Below, in pieces: positions 39,588-53,197 of a DNA stretch of 64,000 bases. How positions within the stretch are numbered: position 1 is the first letter of the stretch; each line of letters begins with the position of its first letter. Origin of the DNA: Octopus vulgaris. Its lineage: Eukaryota. The notes beneath the pieces are model-generated. The model saw nothing but the letters and a program-made list of their open reading frames with translations, ran no database searches and was not told the origin of the DNA. The position numbers were made by a program, and so were the translations under genes. Location: assembly GCA_951406725.2 (NCBI GenBank), contig OX597815.1:175212001-175276000 (forward strand). The letters are read 5' to 3'.

Positions 39588-41724
39588 TTAACATCCGTTT
39601 TCCATGCTGGCATAAGTTGGACGGTTTGACCGAGAACTAGCAAGCCAGGAGGTTGCACCAGACTCCAATCTGATTTGGCAAGGTTTCTACAGCTGGATGC
39701 CCTTCCCAACCACTCCGAGAGTGGGTGCTTTTTATATGTCACCAGCACTGGAGCCAGTCAGGCAGCACTGGCATCTGCCACACTCGAATGGTGCACATAT
39801 ATCCATGTTGTTACTTTTGCTTCAGTCATTGGACGGCAGCCATTCTGGGTTTAGTCATTAAATTGGCCTCAATATATTTTTAGAGTCAGGTGCTTATTCT
39901 ATTGGTCTCTTTTCATTGAACCTCTAAGTTACAGGGATATAAACAAACCAACATCTGTTGTGAGTTAGTAAGAGACAAGCTAAGACATTCACACATTCAA
40001 ACACATGCACCCCTCCCCGTGCATGTGTGTGTGTGTGTGTGAAGGCATGTAGCCCAGTGATTAAGGTGTATGATTCATGATTTTAAGGTGGTGAGTTTGT
40101 TTGCTGGGCCACTTGGCAAAGCACTTCGTGTTGATATGTGTATGTGCTTGCACATTGGTGTCACAAGTTATGATCAAGCGCAAGGCCCAATTCTAACATG
40201 ACCAAGGCCCAGTTCTAACACTCATGAACGTTCATCACTTGGGAAGTATATCGACATGTATGTAGGAAGTGAATAGCTGGGCAGTTACTATGTATTCAGG
40301 GAATTGGTATTTCTTGCAGATTGACAGTCTCAGGACTTCAGGTGTGACAAATGCACAGGACTAGTTAGGAGTAGGAACCCCCAGAATTTGAATAATTCAG
40401 ACAGCTCATCTGATGTAGTTGATAGTTTTATTAACACTAGTTGTGGTTTTCTGAGATGTTATAGATAGGAAGTTATCTCCTTTGTTGGACATTGTTAATA
40501 GCATATGACAGTCACTGGCGGGAGGATATCAAATGGTGGTCATCTGGAATGTGCGGGTAGGGAGTCTCAGCTGTGAGGTTCTCTGTGCTACAGCAGAACT
40601 TGGACATTGATATGCGATGTTCATTGTGTTCTTCATCTACAGACGATATTACCTGGATAGCAGTCCAACTGGTCATTATTCATTGATTCGAATCTGCTCC
40701 TACCAGTTATGTACCAGTGGTATTCGTAGTAAATATTTAAATGCTAGAATAGATAAGGTAGTAGTTTTTGGGGAACTTAGCAATCTATTGCCTCTTGTTT
40801 GCATCAAAGAGTTTTTTTTTCTTTGTGCAATATATAAAAGCCATATGAAGCACGTTTAAGAAATGTGATGTTTCTTATTTGTGAGATATCAGCATTAATA
40901 GAGAATATCTACAAAAGATGAAGGAAAATGTTGGATGTGTGATGAGAGGAATGCCAGTGACCTAAGATTAGTTGGGGTTTTTTTAAAGATAAAAGGCATC
41001 AGTTTAAAAGTGCAGGAAAGGTGGCTCTATTAGTATGAACATCATCATCATCCATCTGTTTTACATGCTGGCATGGGTTGGATGGTTTGACTGAAAACTG
41101 GTGTGCTGCACCAGGTTCCAGTCTGATTTGGTTTCTGTAGCTGGATGGCCTTCCTAATGCCAACCACTCCTAGAGTGTAGTGGGTGTCTTTTACATGTCA
41201 CTAGCATGGATGCTGTTACGTGTCACTGGTACCGACCACAACTTCTGAGTCTTCTCAAACACATCATATTGCCAAAGGTCATGACCATTTGTCATCGCCT
41301 CTGCGAGACCCCAAATTTGGAGATTATGTTTCATCCCATGTCTTCCTGAATCTTCCATCTGGATGAAAAATGTTACATGCTCTTGGTGGTGGCTCCATGT
41401 GGAAAGGGAATAATATAGAAAATAGGGATCAGAACTTTTGGCAACCTAAAAGAAGCGATGGTTATAAGTCAAGAGAATTTCTAATATATTGTACAAGAGA
41501 ACCCATCCAATACAGATATAAAACAAAAATAAGAACGAATGTATTGTCTGTGATCTATATTTTCTCCTTCCTCTTTTTAAGTAAACATTGTTTCAGATTA
41601 TTTGGATATTGTTTTCCATAAAAAAATTGATTAGCAATTTCCTTTAATCTGCTTTCTAACAAACGATGACAATGACAACAAAGTCTATGAAATTTGTTGA
41701 TATAGGTTTTTCTTGTTGTTTCAG

Positions 41725-41845
41725 TTGTCTTCACCTATTGCTGGGGCTTGGCTTCTGCATCAAAATAAACTCAGACCTATCAGTCTTTTCAGTAAGAAGA
41801 ATATTCCAACATTGCCGGATAGTAGTGTGCCTTTAATGTATATTG
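41725..41845 (+). CDS. EIF2AK3: PERK exon 7
   Basis: LSSPIAGAWLLHQNKLRPISLF...MYIG matches PERK TPIASAWLL...PISLF. Phase 0-1. Confidence 0.92.
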
Positions 41846-42559
41846 GTAAGTAACAATTTCAGAGAAGCACATCATCATCATCATCTTCATCATCATTTTC
41901 TTGTTCCCTTTTCCTTGCTTACATTAGTCAAACTGAATTCGTTGAGACAAATTTTCTGTGGCTGGGATGGCCCTCATGTCACCAACCTTCACCTGTTTCC
42001 AATCCAGGTAATAATCTCCTACTCTGTTAGTCTATTGAACTGCAAATAACCCAGACATTGTTAAGTAGTGAACTGGAAATAATTGACACTGCTTGAACGA
42101 GCTTTTTGTTTACATAGCTCATGCAACATGCCATGGCATGTCAAAAACACCTGAGCATACCTTTGCTGTTAATGGCAAGCTGATGATACTGCCAGTATTG
42201 ATAGTGAGGATGTTTGTTTATAGTCAGTGAACACGTGTAAGGATGAGAGAAATGAGAGGTCACACACACGCACACACACATCCTACTTGAAGTATTTTGA
42301 AGAGAAGAAAAATCATGAAGTTTCAATTCCCTATTGAAAGGTTCGATATACAAGAGGTAAAAGGTATTACAAGGACTTGTCCAATTTATATTAGCAATTT
42401 GTAAATGGCAATACGTCTCTGGTTTGTAATAGTTCTTTCTTTATCTTACTTATTTTCGCCAGTTATTCTGTGAAGTCTTTTTCTTTCAGATAATTTATAT
42501 TTTCTATCGCAATGACATAAAAGTCAGGGATTGTTCAATCAATAAGATGTTGTTCATAT

Positions 42560-43065
42560 CAGAAGATTCAAGTGATACAAAGTGAATCTTATGATAAACC
42601 CACAGGGATGCAGCAGCAGCATTGGTCGTCTTATTGTAGTCAAAGGCTCTTTGTTGACGCCTGACACCACTGGGAGGTGGCCCTCGAAGTCGCTGGAAAT
42701 AGAGATCTCCAGGTCCAAATTCTTTAAAAGCAGCAGAAGGTAACACTCAGCAGACTTAGAAGTGGTCATCACCCAGACCTCAAGTACTGGCTCTACAAGA
42801 TCAACCGAGCCATAGACAGAACCTGCAGAAAGTGCGAGGTGGGAGAGGAGACGGTGGAGCATGTCATCTACGACTGTCCACAGATCCATCGCCCGCTGCA
42901 AATGCCAACCCTCCCAGGCATTCTGGCCAGTGACCCTCTCCTTGTCCTTCGGATCTGGGAAAAGTGGACTTCCGCTCCCGACCTGCCAGACATCTCCCAA
43001 CCCACAGAACGGACGCAGTGAAATCACCCTTACCCGTCTTGTTGCTTAACAACAACAACAACAGC
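42560..43065 (+). mobile_element. 3' end of a LINE with a CCHC zinc knuckle and (AAC)n tail (I/Jockey-like)
   Basis: CRKCEVGEETVEHVIYDCP. GC-rich block ending in aacaacaacaac. Confidence 0.7.
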
Positions 43066-44052
43066 AGCAGTAGCAAATCATTTTGTTAGAAATTAAAGCT
43101 GCACCTTACTGGCACTTGTGTTGGTGGCACGTGAAAAACAATATTCGAGCGAGGTCGTTGCCAGTGCCGCTGGACTGGCTCATGTGCAGGTGGCACATAA
43201 AAAACACCATTTGAGCGTGACTGTTGCCAGTACCACCTGACTGGCCCTTGTGCCGGTGGCACGTAAAAACACCCACTACACTCTCAGAGTGGTTGGCGTT
43301 AGGAAGGGCGTCCAGCTGTAGAAACTCTGCCAGATCAGATTGGAGCCTGGTGCAGCCATCTGGTTTGCCAGTCCTCAGTCAAATCGTCCAACCCATGCCA
43401 GCATGGAAAGCGGACGTTAAACGATGATGGTGATGATGATTCTTGACCAGGTCCTTCTCAGCACTTTTCACACCAAAACTAATGATTCTACATATTTCGT
43501 TCCCAGCATCTGTTTTATCCATGATTATATTCAGGTGTTGTAAACCCTATAACTTGTATAGAGTTGGAATTACTTTTTTATGAATAAATTTCTTCAAACT
43601 CTTAACCAAATATTCTTTTTGTAAAAGTGCAGATATAAAGTTAAATTTACTTCAATTTCTAGAGTTGATTCAAATTCTCATGTCAGCTTTGGTTGGCGTG
43701 ACGTGTGACTAAAGGAAATCTAGGCGTGCCCAACCCATCTTTTTATTTATTATTTCCAGGCACATTGTAGCTTGGACTACTAAAGTGTCCTTTAAAAGAT
43801 GTTAAGGACTTGATAGGAGATTTGGCTGCTATTTCTTGCAGGTCAAGCGACTGCTGCTGTAAACTGGACGAACTGAGTGACTTTCTTCTTGAAAACAATA
43901 CTGGTGTCTGATTAAACTAACAACATCTTTCAGTTGTACTTTTGTGGTGTTGGATATAAATCATAGTAATTACATTGTTATGTTGACTATTTTATCAAAT
44001 ATCTTATGAAACTCATTTTTATTTTCTCATATTTTAAATCAACTTATTTCAG

Positions 44053-44169
44053 GACAACATCAGGACCAGCCCTATGTTCAAGTGTCAGATCAGAGTGTCG
44101 AACAAGTAGCTCCAAGACAAATATTCAAGCATCTACCTTCTGTCGGCTGGAAACCATATGTAGCATCCT
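44053..44169 (+). CDS. EIF2AK3: PERK exon 8
   Basis: GQHQDQPYVQ...LPSVGWKPYVAS matches PERK LPTIKWKPLI. Phase 1-1. Confidence 0.9.
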
Positions 44170-44361
44170 GTAAGTGTCTGTCTGTGTATCAATGACATTT
44201 GATAATTTGTTCGTTATTTTCAATTCTGCTCATCTGTCTAACGCTAGTTGTACAAAAACTTGAGTTTATTATCACATCTAGCCGGTAGTTGCCATTGTTA
44301 AGAAAGCATTACATGTGTGTTCAATCCTTATTTTCTATTTTGTTGGTTTTTCCAATTTTAG

Positions 44362-44487
44362 CTTTGTCCAGAACTCCAGCATTACGTTCAAATACCAATA
44401 ATAAACCTCTGATTGGCAGAAAAACGTTCAAGAAAAAGAACCCAACAGATACTGCTGTTGCTGTTTGGCATCAAAATTATCCATTTG
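44362..44487 (+). CDS. EIF2AK3: PERK exon 9
   Basis: SLSRTPAL...NYPF(D) matches PERK SRTP...YPYD. Phase 1-1. Confidence 0.9.
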
Positions 44488-45104
44488 GTGAGTTTGACGA
44501 GATTTAATAAAAACTTGAAATGAGATCCATTCAATGGTTGATATTGTCTCTTGGACCCATTTTTATAATGCCCAACTTTAGAATGTTATCTTGATGTTTT
44601 TTTTTAATTGGTGGATGAGGTTAGGTTTTGCAACCTCTGCAGGTCTTCTCAGACTATTAAGATTAATGTGTTTGTCTTGTTTAATGAAACCAGACTAAAT
44701 TTATGATTATGTTAGAAATTAATTGAAACACATAAGGGGTGTATTTTAATCAGAAATATAGTAACGAAAGGGTTAAGATAGATTTTTCTGACATTCTTCC
44801 TGTCACCAACTACAAGTAACGTAATATTTGGCAGAAGGAGACCACTTGTATGATGGTGGAACTTGTTTACAATTCTTGTGTAATAACAAGACATGGAGAC
44901 AAACGCACTCATACACACCCACACCTTCATGTAACCACATACACACATTTGTCTTTACCACAGTGTACTCAGCCTGGGGAGCAGAATACATGAACTCAAA
45001 ACTGTGTGGTTGGCAAGCAGACTATTTACCACACAGCCATTCCTGTCATATCATTTAACATCCGTCTTGCATGCTAGCATGGACCTGTGCCTATAAATAT
45101 ATAA

Positions 45105-45134
45105 ACTAGCAATGCACCTCGGTGTTGCCCTGGT
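45105..45134 (-). mobile_element. Possible Helitron-type 3' terminus
   Basis: Minus strand ccagggcaacaccgaggtgcattgCTAGt: degenerate hairpin followed by CTAG|T. Confidence 0.3.
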
Positions 45135-45288
45135 GTTATGACCTACAGCTACATTGTATTATTTGTTCCTTTCTAATGGGCAGAATTGGCACGACCCTTT
45201 TGATGATCGAGTTTGCTGTATGTCATAATCTTCACGAAACGATTGTTTATTAAATGATGACCAAATTTTATTTTTGTATATATTTTAG

Positions 45289-45394
45289 ATGATGGTTATT
45301 ATATTTTCCCTGATTTCAAAATACTTTTTGATGAGGAAAAGAAACAAATTTCTGAAGATGAAAAAGATGTTTCAGGCAGTTACTTCAATTGGTG
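45289..45394 (+). CDS. EIF2AK3: PERK exon 10
   Basis: DDGYYIFP...YFNWW matches PERK DNGYYLP...WW. Phase 1-2. Confidence 0.92.
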
Positions 45395-45802
45395 GTGAGT
45401 TAGCTTTGATTCTTTCAAAGGTCCAGGAGGACTTTTAACTGCACTCTGCTTTTATGCTTCTTTGAACTCTGGAAAAGAGCAAACTAAAGTATAGAGAAGC
45501 CACAGCCACCTCTTGTGGCAAAAAAACAATCTTGTGACTCAGTTCACTTTCTTATTTACAACTGTCTTATTAATGCATTTGCAAAAAGCCATTAACATCA
45601 CAATTCACATTCACACTATCATACCGTCACCTAGTTATTTCTATCTAATTATTAATAAATAAGCAATTTTCTGTGTTTATTGCAGCAATGCCAAGAATAA
45701 TTATTTACGTTTCAATTTTGAAACCTCTTCTAAACCAACTTCATATTTTTTTCAGTTTGTAATTAATGTGTTGTGTTTCTTCATTCTTTTTTTATTTTCT
45801 AG

Positions 45803-45941
45803 GAAAGAAATTATGCTTATTACCATTGTCTTGTCTGTGACAATTCCTGTGGCTCTTAATTACCGTAATAATTTAAATAATTTTGATCATGACCAACATC
45901 ACATTACTTCCTCGGAGAAATTTCCCAGTTCACAAGAACAG
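45803..45941 (+). CDS. EIF2AK3: PERK exon 11 (transmembrane helix)
   Basis: (W)KEIMLITIVLSVTIPVAL matches PERK WWKEI plus TM helix. Phase 2-0. Confidence 0.92.
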
Positions 45942-46994
45942 GTAATTGATTGGCTAATGCTGTTATTTATTTGCATTTTAATCTATCAGTCTAGGAGTAA
46001 CTCTCCTGTTGGTAGAAACTAATGGCAAATCTTCAACTGAAGTTTTTGGTTGTGATCTTCTTACTTTGTCTTTAAGGCTCTTCAGAAAAGTTTGAATTTC
46101 ACATAATCTTGTTTCTAGAAACCCATATTTTATTAGAATAATATCATTTTTCTAAATGTTAACACTCAGTACGCTGATTAGAAGACAACAGTTAGAGAAT
46201 GACATGATTAAAGAATAATTTGTAGATTTAGAATATGATCTGTAATGTTCTCTGGGGCCTTTGCCTGCACCTAAGTCTTCCCCACCTGACATCCATCCCT
46301 CCATCACTCTTCTAACTATGGCACTATTCAGCTGCTGTAATCACATGGGAGCAGAACTGCACACATTTCACCACCTTCCCCTTTTCTGTCACCAGTTGAT
46401 CAACCACTTCCTGGAACTGTTTCCTTTTAACATCTATCTTTCATTCTCAATATCCCCCCCCCCCCATTTGATTTTCTGTTGATCACCTCTTTTGTATCTC
46501 TAGTGATCTCTCCTTCCCCCTCACTTACCTTTTTATGACTGCAATGTATTGTCTTTAACACATTCTTTCATATCTGCAGTTGACACAGCCCTCCCCCCGC
46601 CTCTATTCATTCCTATGTACCTCTGAACCCTCTTTCTCTAAATCACTCATTCCACTCATCACCTCCCTATTTTCTGATCTATTTACAGGTTACTGTTATT
46701 CTGCTGCTGTCCATCCTTCCTGAACTGCAACTTAATCCCTTCTCCTTCCTCATCCACTCCTATTTCTTTGACCCCCCTCATACCTGAACTGATATTTACT
46801 ATTGACCCCAGCTTCATTCTTCTTCACCATTCACTACATTCATCTCTGTTTCCTTCTGTCGTTCCCTTCTTTCAAACTTTACCAGTCATCCTTCTCAGCC
46901 CTTACTCTGTATTCTCTCCTACTTCACTTTGGCTTTTGAGCAAAACTAAGAAGAACATGTTAGCAATCTTGGAATGGTTGATTATAAAGGGGAC

Positions 46995-47850
46995 GTGAAA
47001 TAGTTGATAGCTTCTGCTACCTAAGTGACAAAGTTTGTAGTTGGGGTGGATACTCTGCGAGCATAGCTGCTAGAATAAGAATAGCCTGGGCAAAGTTCAG
47101 AAAACACCTACCTGTGCTGGTAACAGAGGGCCTCTCACTCAGAGTGAAAGTTAGACTGTATGATGCATGTGTGTGAACAGCCATGCTACATGGCAGTGAA
47201 AACATGGGCCATGACTGCTAAGGACATGCGTAGGCTTGAAAGAAATGAAGCTAGTATGATCCGCTGGATGTGTAATGTCAGTGTGCATACATAGTGTAAG
47301 TGCCCTGAGAAAAAAGTTGGACATAAGAAGCATCAGATGTGGTGTGCAAGAGAGACGACTGTGCTGGTATGGTCATGTGTTGCGTATGGATGAGGACAGC
47401 TGTGTGAAGAAGTGTCACACCCTAACAGTGGAAAGAATCTGTGGAAGAGGAAGACATGGGATCAGGTGGTGATGCACAACCTTTGAATGTTGGGCCTCAC
47501 AGACGCAATGACAAGAGACCGAGACCTTTGGAGATATGCTGTGATTGAGAAGAACCAGCAAGTCAAGTGAGACCATAACCGTGGCCTATGCCAGTGTCAC
47601 ATAACCGACTCATTTAAAAGTACCCTCGAATTGTCTGGTGATGTGATATGCTTGAGAATACCTGTTGAGTGAAATCGAAATTGTAGTCATGGCCAGTGCT
47701 GCCTGACTGGCCACCTGTACTGGTGGCACGTAAACAGTACCATTCGAATGTGGTTGATGCCAGTGTCCTAACTGGCGCCCATGCCAGTGGCATGCAAAAA
47801 GCACCATCTGAACGTGGTCATTGCCAGTGCCACCTGATTGGTTCTTGTGC
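46995..47850 (+). mobile_element. RTE LINE 3' fragment
   Basis: Colinear with 62920-63700. Confidence 0.9.
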
Positions 47851-48770
47851 CAGAGGCATGTCTCTGAACAGTTCCCAGGAGGTCAATGTCCTGAACAAGG
47901 TAGGGGTTCCAGACTGGTGAATCAAATTCCAGGTGTGGATGCACCATAGCCATATAGTACTCAGGTGCACTATATGGCTGAGGCTTAAACAGATAGCTAG
48001 TGAGTGGCTGACAAAGGTCTTGTTGAGTAATGCCAAGACACCCTCGACCTTCTTGACAATTCTAGAGATGTGCTTTTTCCAGCGCAAATCGCTGCTGACA
48101 GTAATGCCCGGGTCACGTTCACAAAAAGACTTCTTGATATTAGTGTTGTGGAGAGAGGATGTGGATGTTGGGTTTTTCCTCCCAAAATGCATGGTAATAT
48201 TTACACTTGTCCACAGCCAGCTTGAGTTGCGAGTCTGTGATCCATTGTTGCATTGTGTCCTGGTCAGATTGCAGGAAAGATCTAGTGTTCAGGATCTGTC
48301 CTTTTTATCTCAAGGTACAGCTTGATGTCATCTGCATATTTCAGCACTGTGGCATTCTTTGAGTTTGCATCTATGTCATTTATGTATGCAACAAACAAAA
48401 GGGAACCAAGAACAGATCCTTGCAGTACACCAAATGACATTTCATAGAGTGAAGAATGCTGTCCTAGAACCGTGACTACCTCTTTTCGGCTGAGAATGAA
48501 GGACTCGAACCAGTTTAAAAGATCATCTTTCACACCCATTGCAGAGAGTTTTGTCATAAGTCTTTTGTGTGGCACAGAATCAAAAGCTTTAGCAAAGTCA
48601 AGATAAACAACATCCATCCATGAGCCACCATCAATGACCCGGGTGATGTCTTCAAGAAATTCGATAAGTTGATCACAGCAGCTGGAGTCAGGGATAAATC
48701 CAAATTGCCCTTGCAATTTATCTTCCATTCTTCTGAAGTCAGTAAATTGTGGTCCCAATCAAGAACCGCA
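47850..48770 (-). mobile_element. CR1-group LINE RT fragment
   Basis: YLDFAKAFDSVPH, GVLQGSVLGSLLF, YADDIKLY, ERDPGITVSSDLRW, PHLEFDSPVWNPY. Confidence 0.88.
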
Positions 48771-50929
48771 GTCAATTTCTTTTCTTTTCATCTTTCCCCT
48801 CCTTTTGTATTTTATAAGTGGTCAGACCTAAATGGCTGAGATGCATCTTGATATTCTACACTGTCTCTCTACTTCATTCATTTAAGTTTCATGTTCTCAC
48901 TGGCTATTTACTGAGTGGTTTTGTCTTCTATTGAGGTGCACAGTTTCCACTGTATAACATCTGGCGTGGCTGTTATTTAGCACATTAGCAGTGGCCAGTA
49001 AAGCCTACCCTGCATTGGCTCTTAAATCTACTCATTGACCTTATGCTTATGCCATGAGATGTTTTGAGACTTGTTGAGAAACCTTGTGTATGTAAGGACA
49101 GTCTTGAAGCTCCTTCATATTACACATAGAAAATAATGTTTTTTACATACATCCTGAAGAAGGCCAGCTTTGTTGACTTTGAAACAGTTAATTGCTAGTT
49201 GTTGGGGAGCTTGTTACAGTTACTCCAGACCTTTAACTCACATGTAAAGAAGTTTTTTATTGCTAGCACCATAGAACTCAAGGTATTTGAAGCTGCTGAC
49301 TTCCTTGAGTTGTGTGCCATCATTAGAATAAATTGGTGAATTGCTTTCTTTTGGTTATGTGTATGAACGTGTTTGCATTGAGAAAGCGGCTGAGTTCAGC
49401 TACAACAGTCTCATGGGATATTAACAAGACATGTGCATCACACTGTTGATCTACAAAGACAATCTCACAAGGATAGTCATGACAGGTTTTGTTGATGTGT
49501 TGATTGCTTTGATGGTGAGGCTTTTGATTTGAAGATTTTGCCTGAGAATGTAACCCACCATAGTCAGAAAGGAAGTTAGCCTTTTGGGAAGCCCAACAAC
49601 TATTGTTCTCTGCTTTTGCCACTCATAATATCTGTGACCTTGTGTCAGTAGTAAAGATCAACAAGTCATTAAAATTTTAAATTATAAGCTTCTAAAATCA
49701 TCTCGTTTAATTCTTTATTGCTGAGTCACCACCTCATTATTCTAGATTGAGTTATATGTATGTCTAAGACTTATTTAATTGTAATCACCAAAATTAGAAA
49801 TATTAATGTTGGCTGTTCAGTTAAATTAATCCAGTTTGATCTCTATTATTTATTAGAAGGTGAATGATTGAATAAATAAACTTTTTATTGTAGATAGAGT
49901 CTTTTAATCTTATACTGCGGTCTATGTTGGAGATCCTGCCATGTATTTTGGTAAGAACGATTCACAGAAACACTTATGCATTGGCACACATTTCACCAAA
50001 ATGTTTGCTTTCTCAAATTTATAGAAGTTCTCTCCAGCATCAATGTCAGTGTGTCTAAAATCAATGTTTCCTTGCTTTGTTGATGTAATAGTTCCTGCAT
50101 CAACTTCTTTCTACACTCACATTGTTTAGTATTCATTTGAAACATTTTCATAGGACAGTATTTAATCATATTTATGTAGTCTGATCTGCATAAATGTCAC
50201 ATTTATTCAAAATAATATGTCATTTAATTCTGTTTACATTTGCACAGTTCATTTTCTGTATTTGATATAGATATATTATTTCCATTTTATTACTAAATTG
50301 CACATTGTGTGCTGAGGACATTATAAAAAATGGAATTTAATTCACTTTATTTGTACGTTGTATGTTGTTGACCTCGACTACAAGTGTGTTACTGATAAAC
50401 TGAATTGTCTTGTTTAATATAATATTCCTCCAAGCAAAATGCAAATCACACCCAAGAGATTAAATCCCAGTTAATTTCAGAAGTTGTTGAGTGGAATCAC
50501 TGTTAGACTGAAGCATTATTCTTGCTCAGTAGCGGTCAGCGGTCATTTGCACAATAAGACATCCTTATTATTGTCAGCTGCTTAGTTGTTCTAACAAATT
50601 TATTTCTAAATCAATATCAAGAATGATTTTTGTTAAAAATTTGTTTTAAAGGAAGTAACTTGGAGATATCCTTGTACAAAATTTGATGATACTTTTCAGA
50701 ATTTGTATGATTGCAAAAGAAAGTCTTTCTCAGAATATGCTGTAGAATTGCTACTGGTCAGCTTGAGAGTATTACGAGCCAAAGATTCAAATTTTCTCAC
50801 CCTGACATCAGCACTCTATTGTATCTATTACAATATTTTATCATTTGTTGTTGATGGCCATTTCAAAGCTAATTTTCATCTAACCAAAGCTATTAAGGTA
50901 CAAAAGGTGAATTATGAACGATTGCACCC

Positions 50930-51135
50930 TGCTGGTGAGGTGAGTGGGCCAACATCCCCCACTGATGGGAAGACCAGTCTGTTGCAGACTAATCCATTTA
51001 CAGCTAAGTAGACGAAAGCAACTTGAAATGAAGTGTTTTGCTCATGAACAAAACATGCCCCTTGGTCCAGGAATTGAACCCATAACCTGGTGATTGTGAG
51101 TGCACTGATCTAACCACTTGGCCACGCACCTTCAC
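50930..51135 (-). mobile_element. tRNA-derived SINE (second family)
   Basis: Minus strand has A box gtggccaagtggttag and B box ggttcaattcc, then a gagcaaaacacttcatttc body. Confidence 0.65.
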
Positions 51136-51365
51136 ATAAGCCACATGGTAAACAGTATATACATAATACACCTTGCAACAAAGAATTCATTTTCAATGAA
51201 GCACAAAGAGATTTTTTTCTGTATTAATAAAGCGAATCAAGTCAGGGAACATCTATTTATCATCTTGCTTTAACTTCTCCTCTGCATTATTTAATTTGCA
51301 TTGAGTATTCAGGTTTTATATTGATTTTTATGTTCTAATTATGTTTTTCTTTAAACTACATCCAG

Positions 51366-51472
51366 GACGAGACAAAATCTGGTGAAGAATTAGTTGTGTC
51401 AAAACAACCGAAAGAAGAGCTGACCCGACCAGGCTCATTACAAGTTCCCAGTGAAATCGAGTATGTTTCCAA
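51366..51472 (+). CDS. EIF2AK3: PERK exon 12 (juxtamembrane)
   Basis: DETKSGEEL...EIEYVSK leading into the kinase domain. Acceptor ccAG, donor GTAAGT, phase 0-2. Confidence 0.85.
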
Positions 51473-51629
51473 GTAAGTCCTGCTTTCTCTCTCTCTCTCT
51501 CTGTTTCTGTCTGTCTGTCTGTGTCTAACTCTCTCTCCCAGTTACTCCAATAATATTCTAGTGTCCACATTTGCAAAAGTCATTCTGTCTATCATAATAT
51601 AAAAAGATCATTTAAAAGAATGATAATAA

Positions 51630-51830
51630 TTTCTGCTATAGGCAAAAAGCCTGGAATTTTGTAGGGGTGGGGGTAATCAATTACATTGACCCCAGTGTGT
51701 GGCTGGTATTTATTTCATTGACCCTGAAAGAATGAAAGACAAAGTCCACCTTGGTGGAATTTGAACTCAGAACGTAAAGACAGCAAAAAAGGCTGCCATG
51801 CTAACAATATTGCCAGCTCACTGCCTTGTT
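51630..51830 (-). mobile_element. tRNA-derived SINE (third family)
   Basis: Minus strand has B box gagttcaaattc followed by a cagggtcaatgaaataaataccag...ctggggtcaatgtaattga central domain. Confidence 0.55.
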
Positions 51831-52289
51831 AAGAAGAATTATAATATAGCACCAATGTTGGCCAAAACATCCTAAAAGAAATTATTATGCCAGAGATTTA
51901 CAGGGTGATTAAAAAGTGCCTTTAACACAAACCAGCCAGCAACCAAGTTCAGTTGAATGTCTTAACGTGTCCCGCAATTTCCTTTCTCTTCATCTCTTAA
52001 ACATTGGCCCCACTTCCTCATCACAAGCTTCACCTACTTCAGCTGCATTTCATTAAACTTAACTCACTCTAGTTTCCCTGTTAACTTCCATACCTCAAGG
52101 ATTCCAAACTAACTTCTCTACTACCCACATCACTTAGGGTTTCTATGCTGTGTATATTCAGACAATTGAACCAAATTTCTCTTTTATTATTATTATTATT
52201 ATTATTATTTAAGTGATTTTGAGAAGCAGTAATATTCTCTAGTTTTTTGATAATGCCATTTCTCTAAATTGTAGAAATGTTTCTCTCAC

Positions 52290-52341
<52 letters not shown>

Positions 52342-53197
52342 CATCATCATCATCATCTAGCGTCCGCTTTCCATGCTAGCATGGGTTGGACGATTCAACT
52401 GGGGTCTGGGAAGCCAGAAGGCTGCACCAGGCCCAGTCTGATCTGGCAGTGTTTCTACGGCTGGATGCCCTTCCTAACGCCAACCACTCTGTGAGTGTAG
52501 TGGGTGCTTTTTATGTGCCACCCGCACGTATATATATATATATATAAAATGGTAAATCTAGATAGATGAGAAGATCTGTCAAGCCAAGTGAAACTGTTGT
52601 GGCCAGTGCCAGTGTCACGTAGCTGACACTTGTGCTAGTAGTGTGTTAAAAGCACCCTTTGAATGTTGGGCCTCATGGAGGGGATAAGTGCCCGAGACCT
52701 TTGGTGATATGTTGTGTTTGAAACGACCCGGCAAGCCAAGTGAAATCATAGTTATGGCTGATGCTGGCGTCATGTAACTGGCACCTGTGCCAGTGGCATG
52801 TAAAAAGAACCCATTATACTCTTGGAGTGGTTGGCATTAGGAAGGGCATCCGGCTGTAGAAACCATAGCAAACCAGACTGGAACTTGGTGCAGCTCTCCA
52901 GCTTACCAGTTTCAGTCAGACCATCCAACCCATGCCAGCATGGAAAGCAAACACTAAATAAGAAGAAAAAAGTTTGAGAAGGCGGTGGGGTGGGGGAGGT
53001 AAAGAGGCGTGGCTTTTGTATTGGAACGGTCAGACTTGTTTGTTTAGGATTCAATACTTAGAGACTTTTTGGATGTGTGGCCCATTTAAAAGTACCCTGA
53101 TGCATCGGGCGATATGATATGTAATTTCCTCTGTGGGGCCCCAAAAATTCTTCTTTATCTTTGAAATGTGAAATGAAAGTTGTTTTGCTTTTTACAG

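Noticed and set aside
49150-49195. CTGAAGA...GAAAC hammerhead-like words on the + strand
   Set aside because: Stem II is out of register and stem I cannot form.
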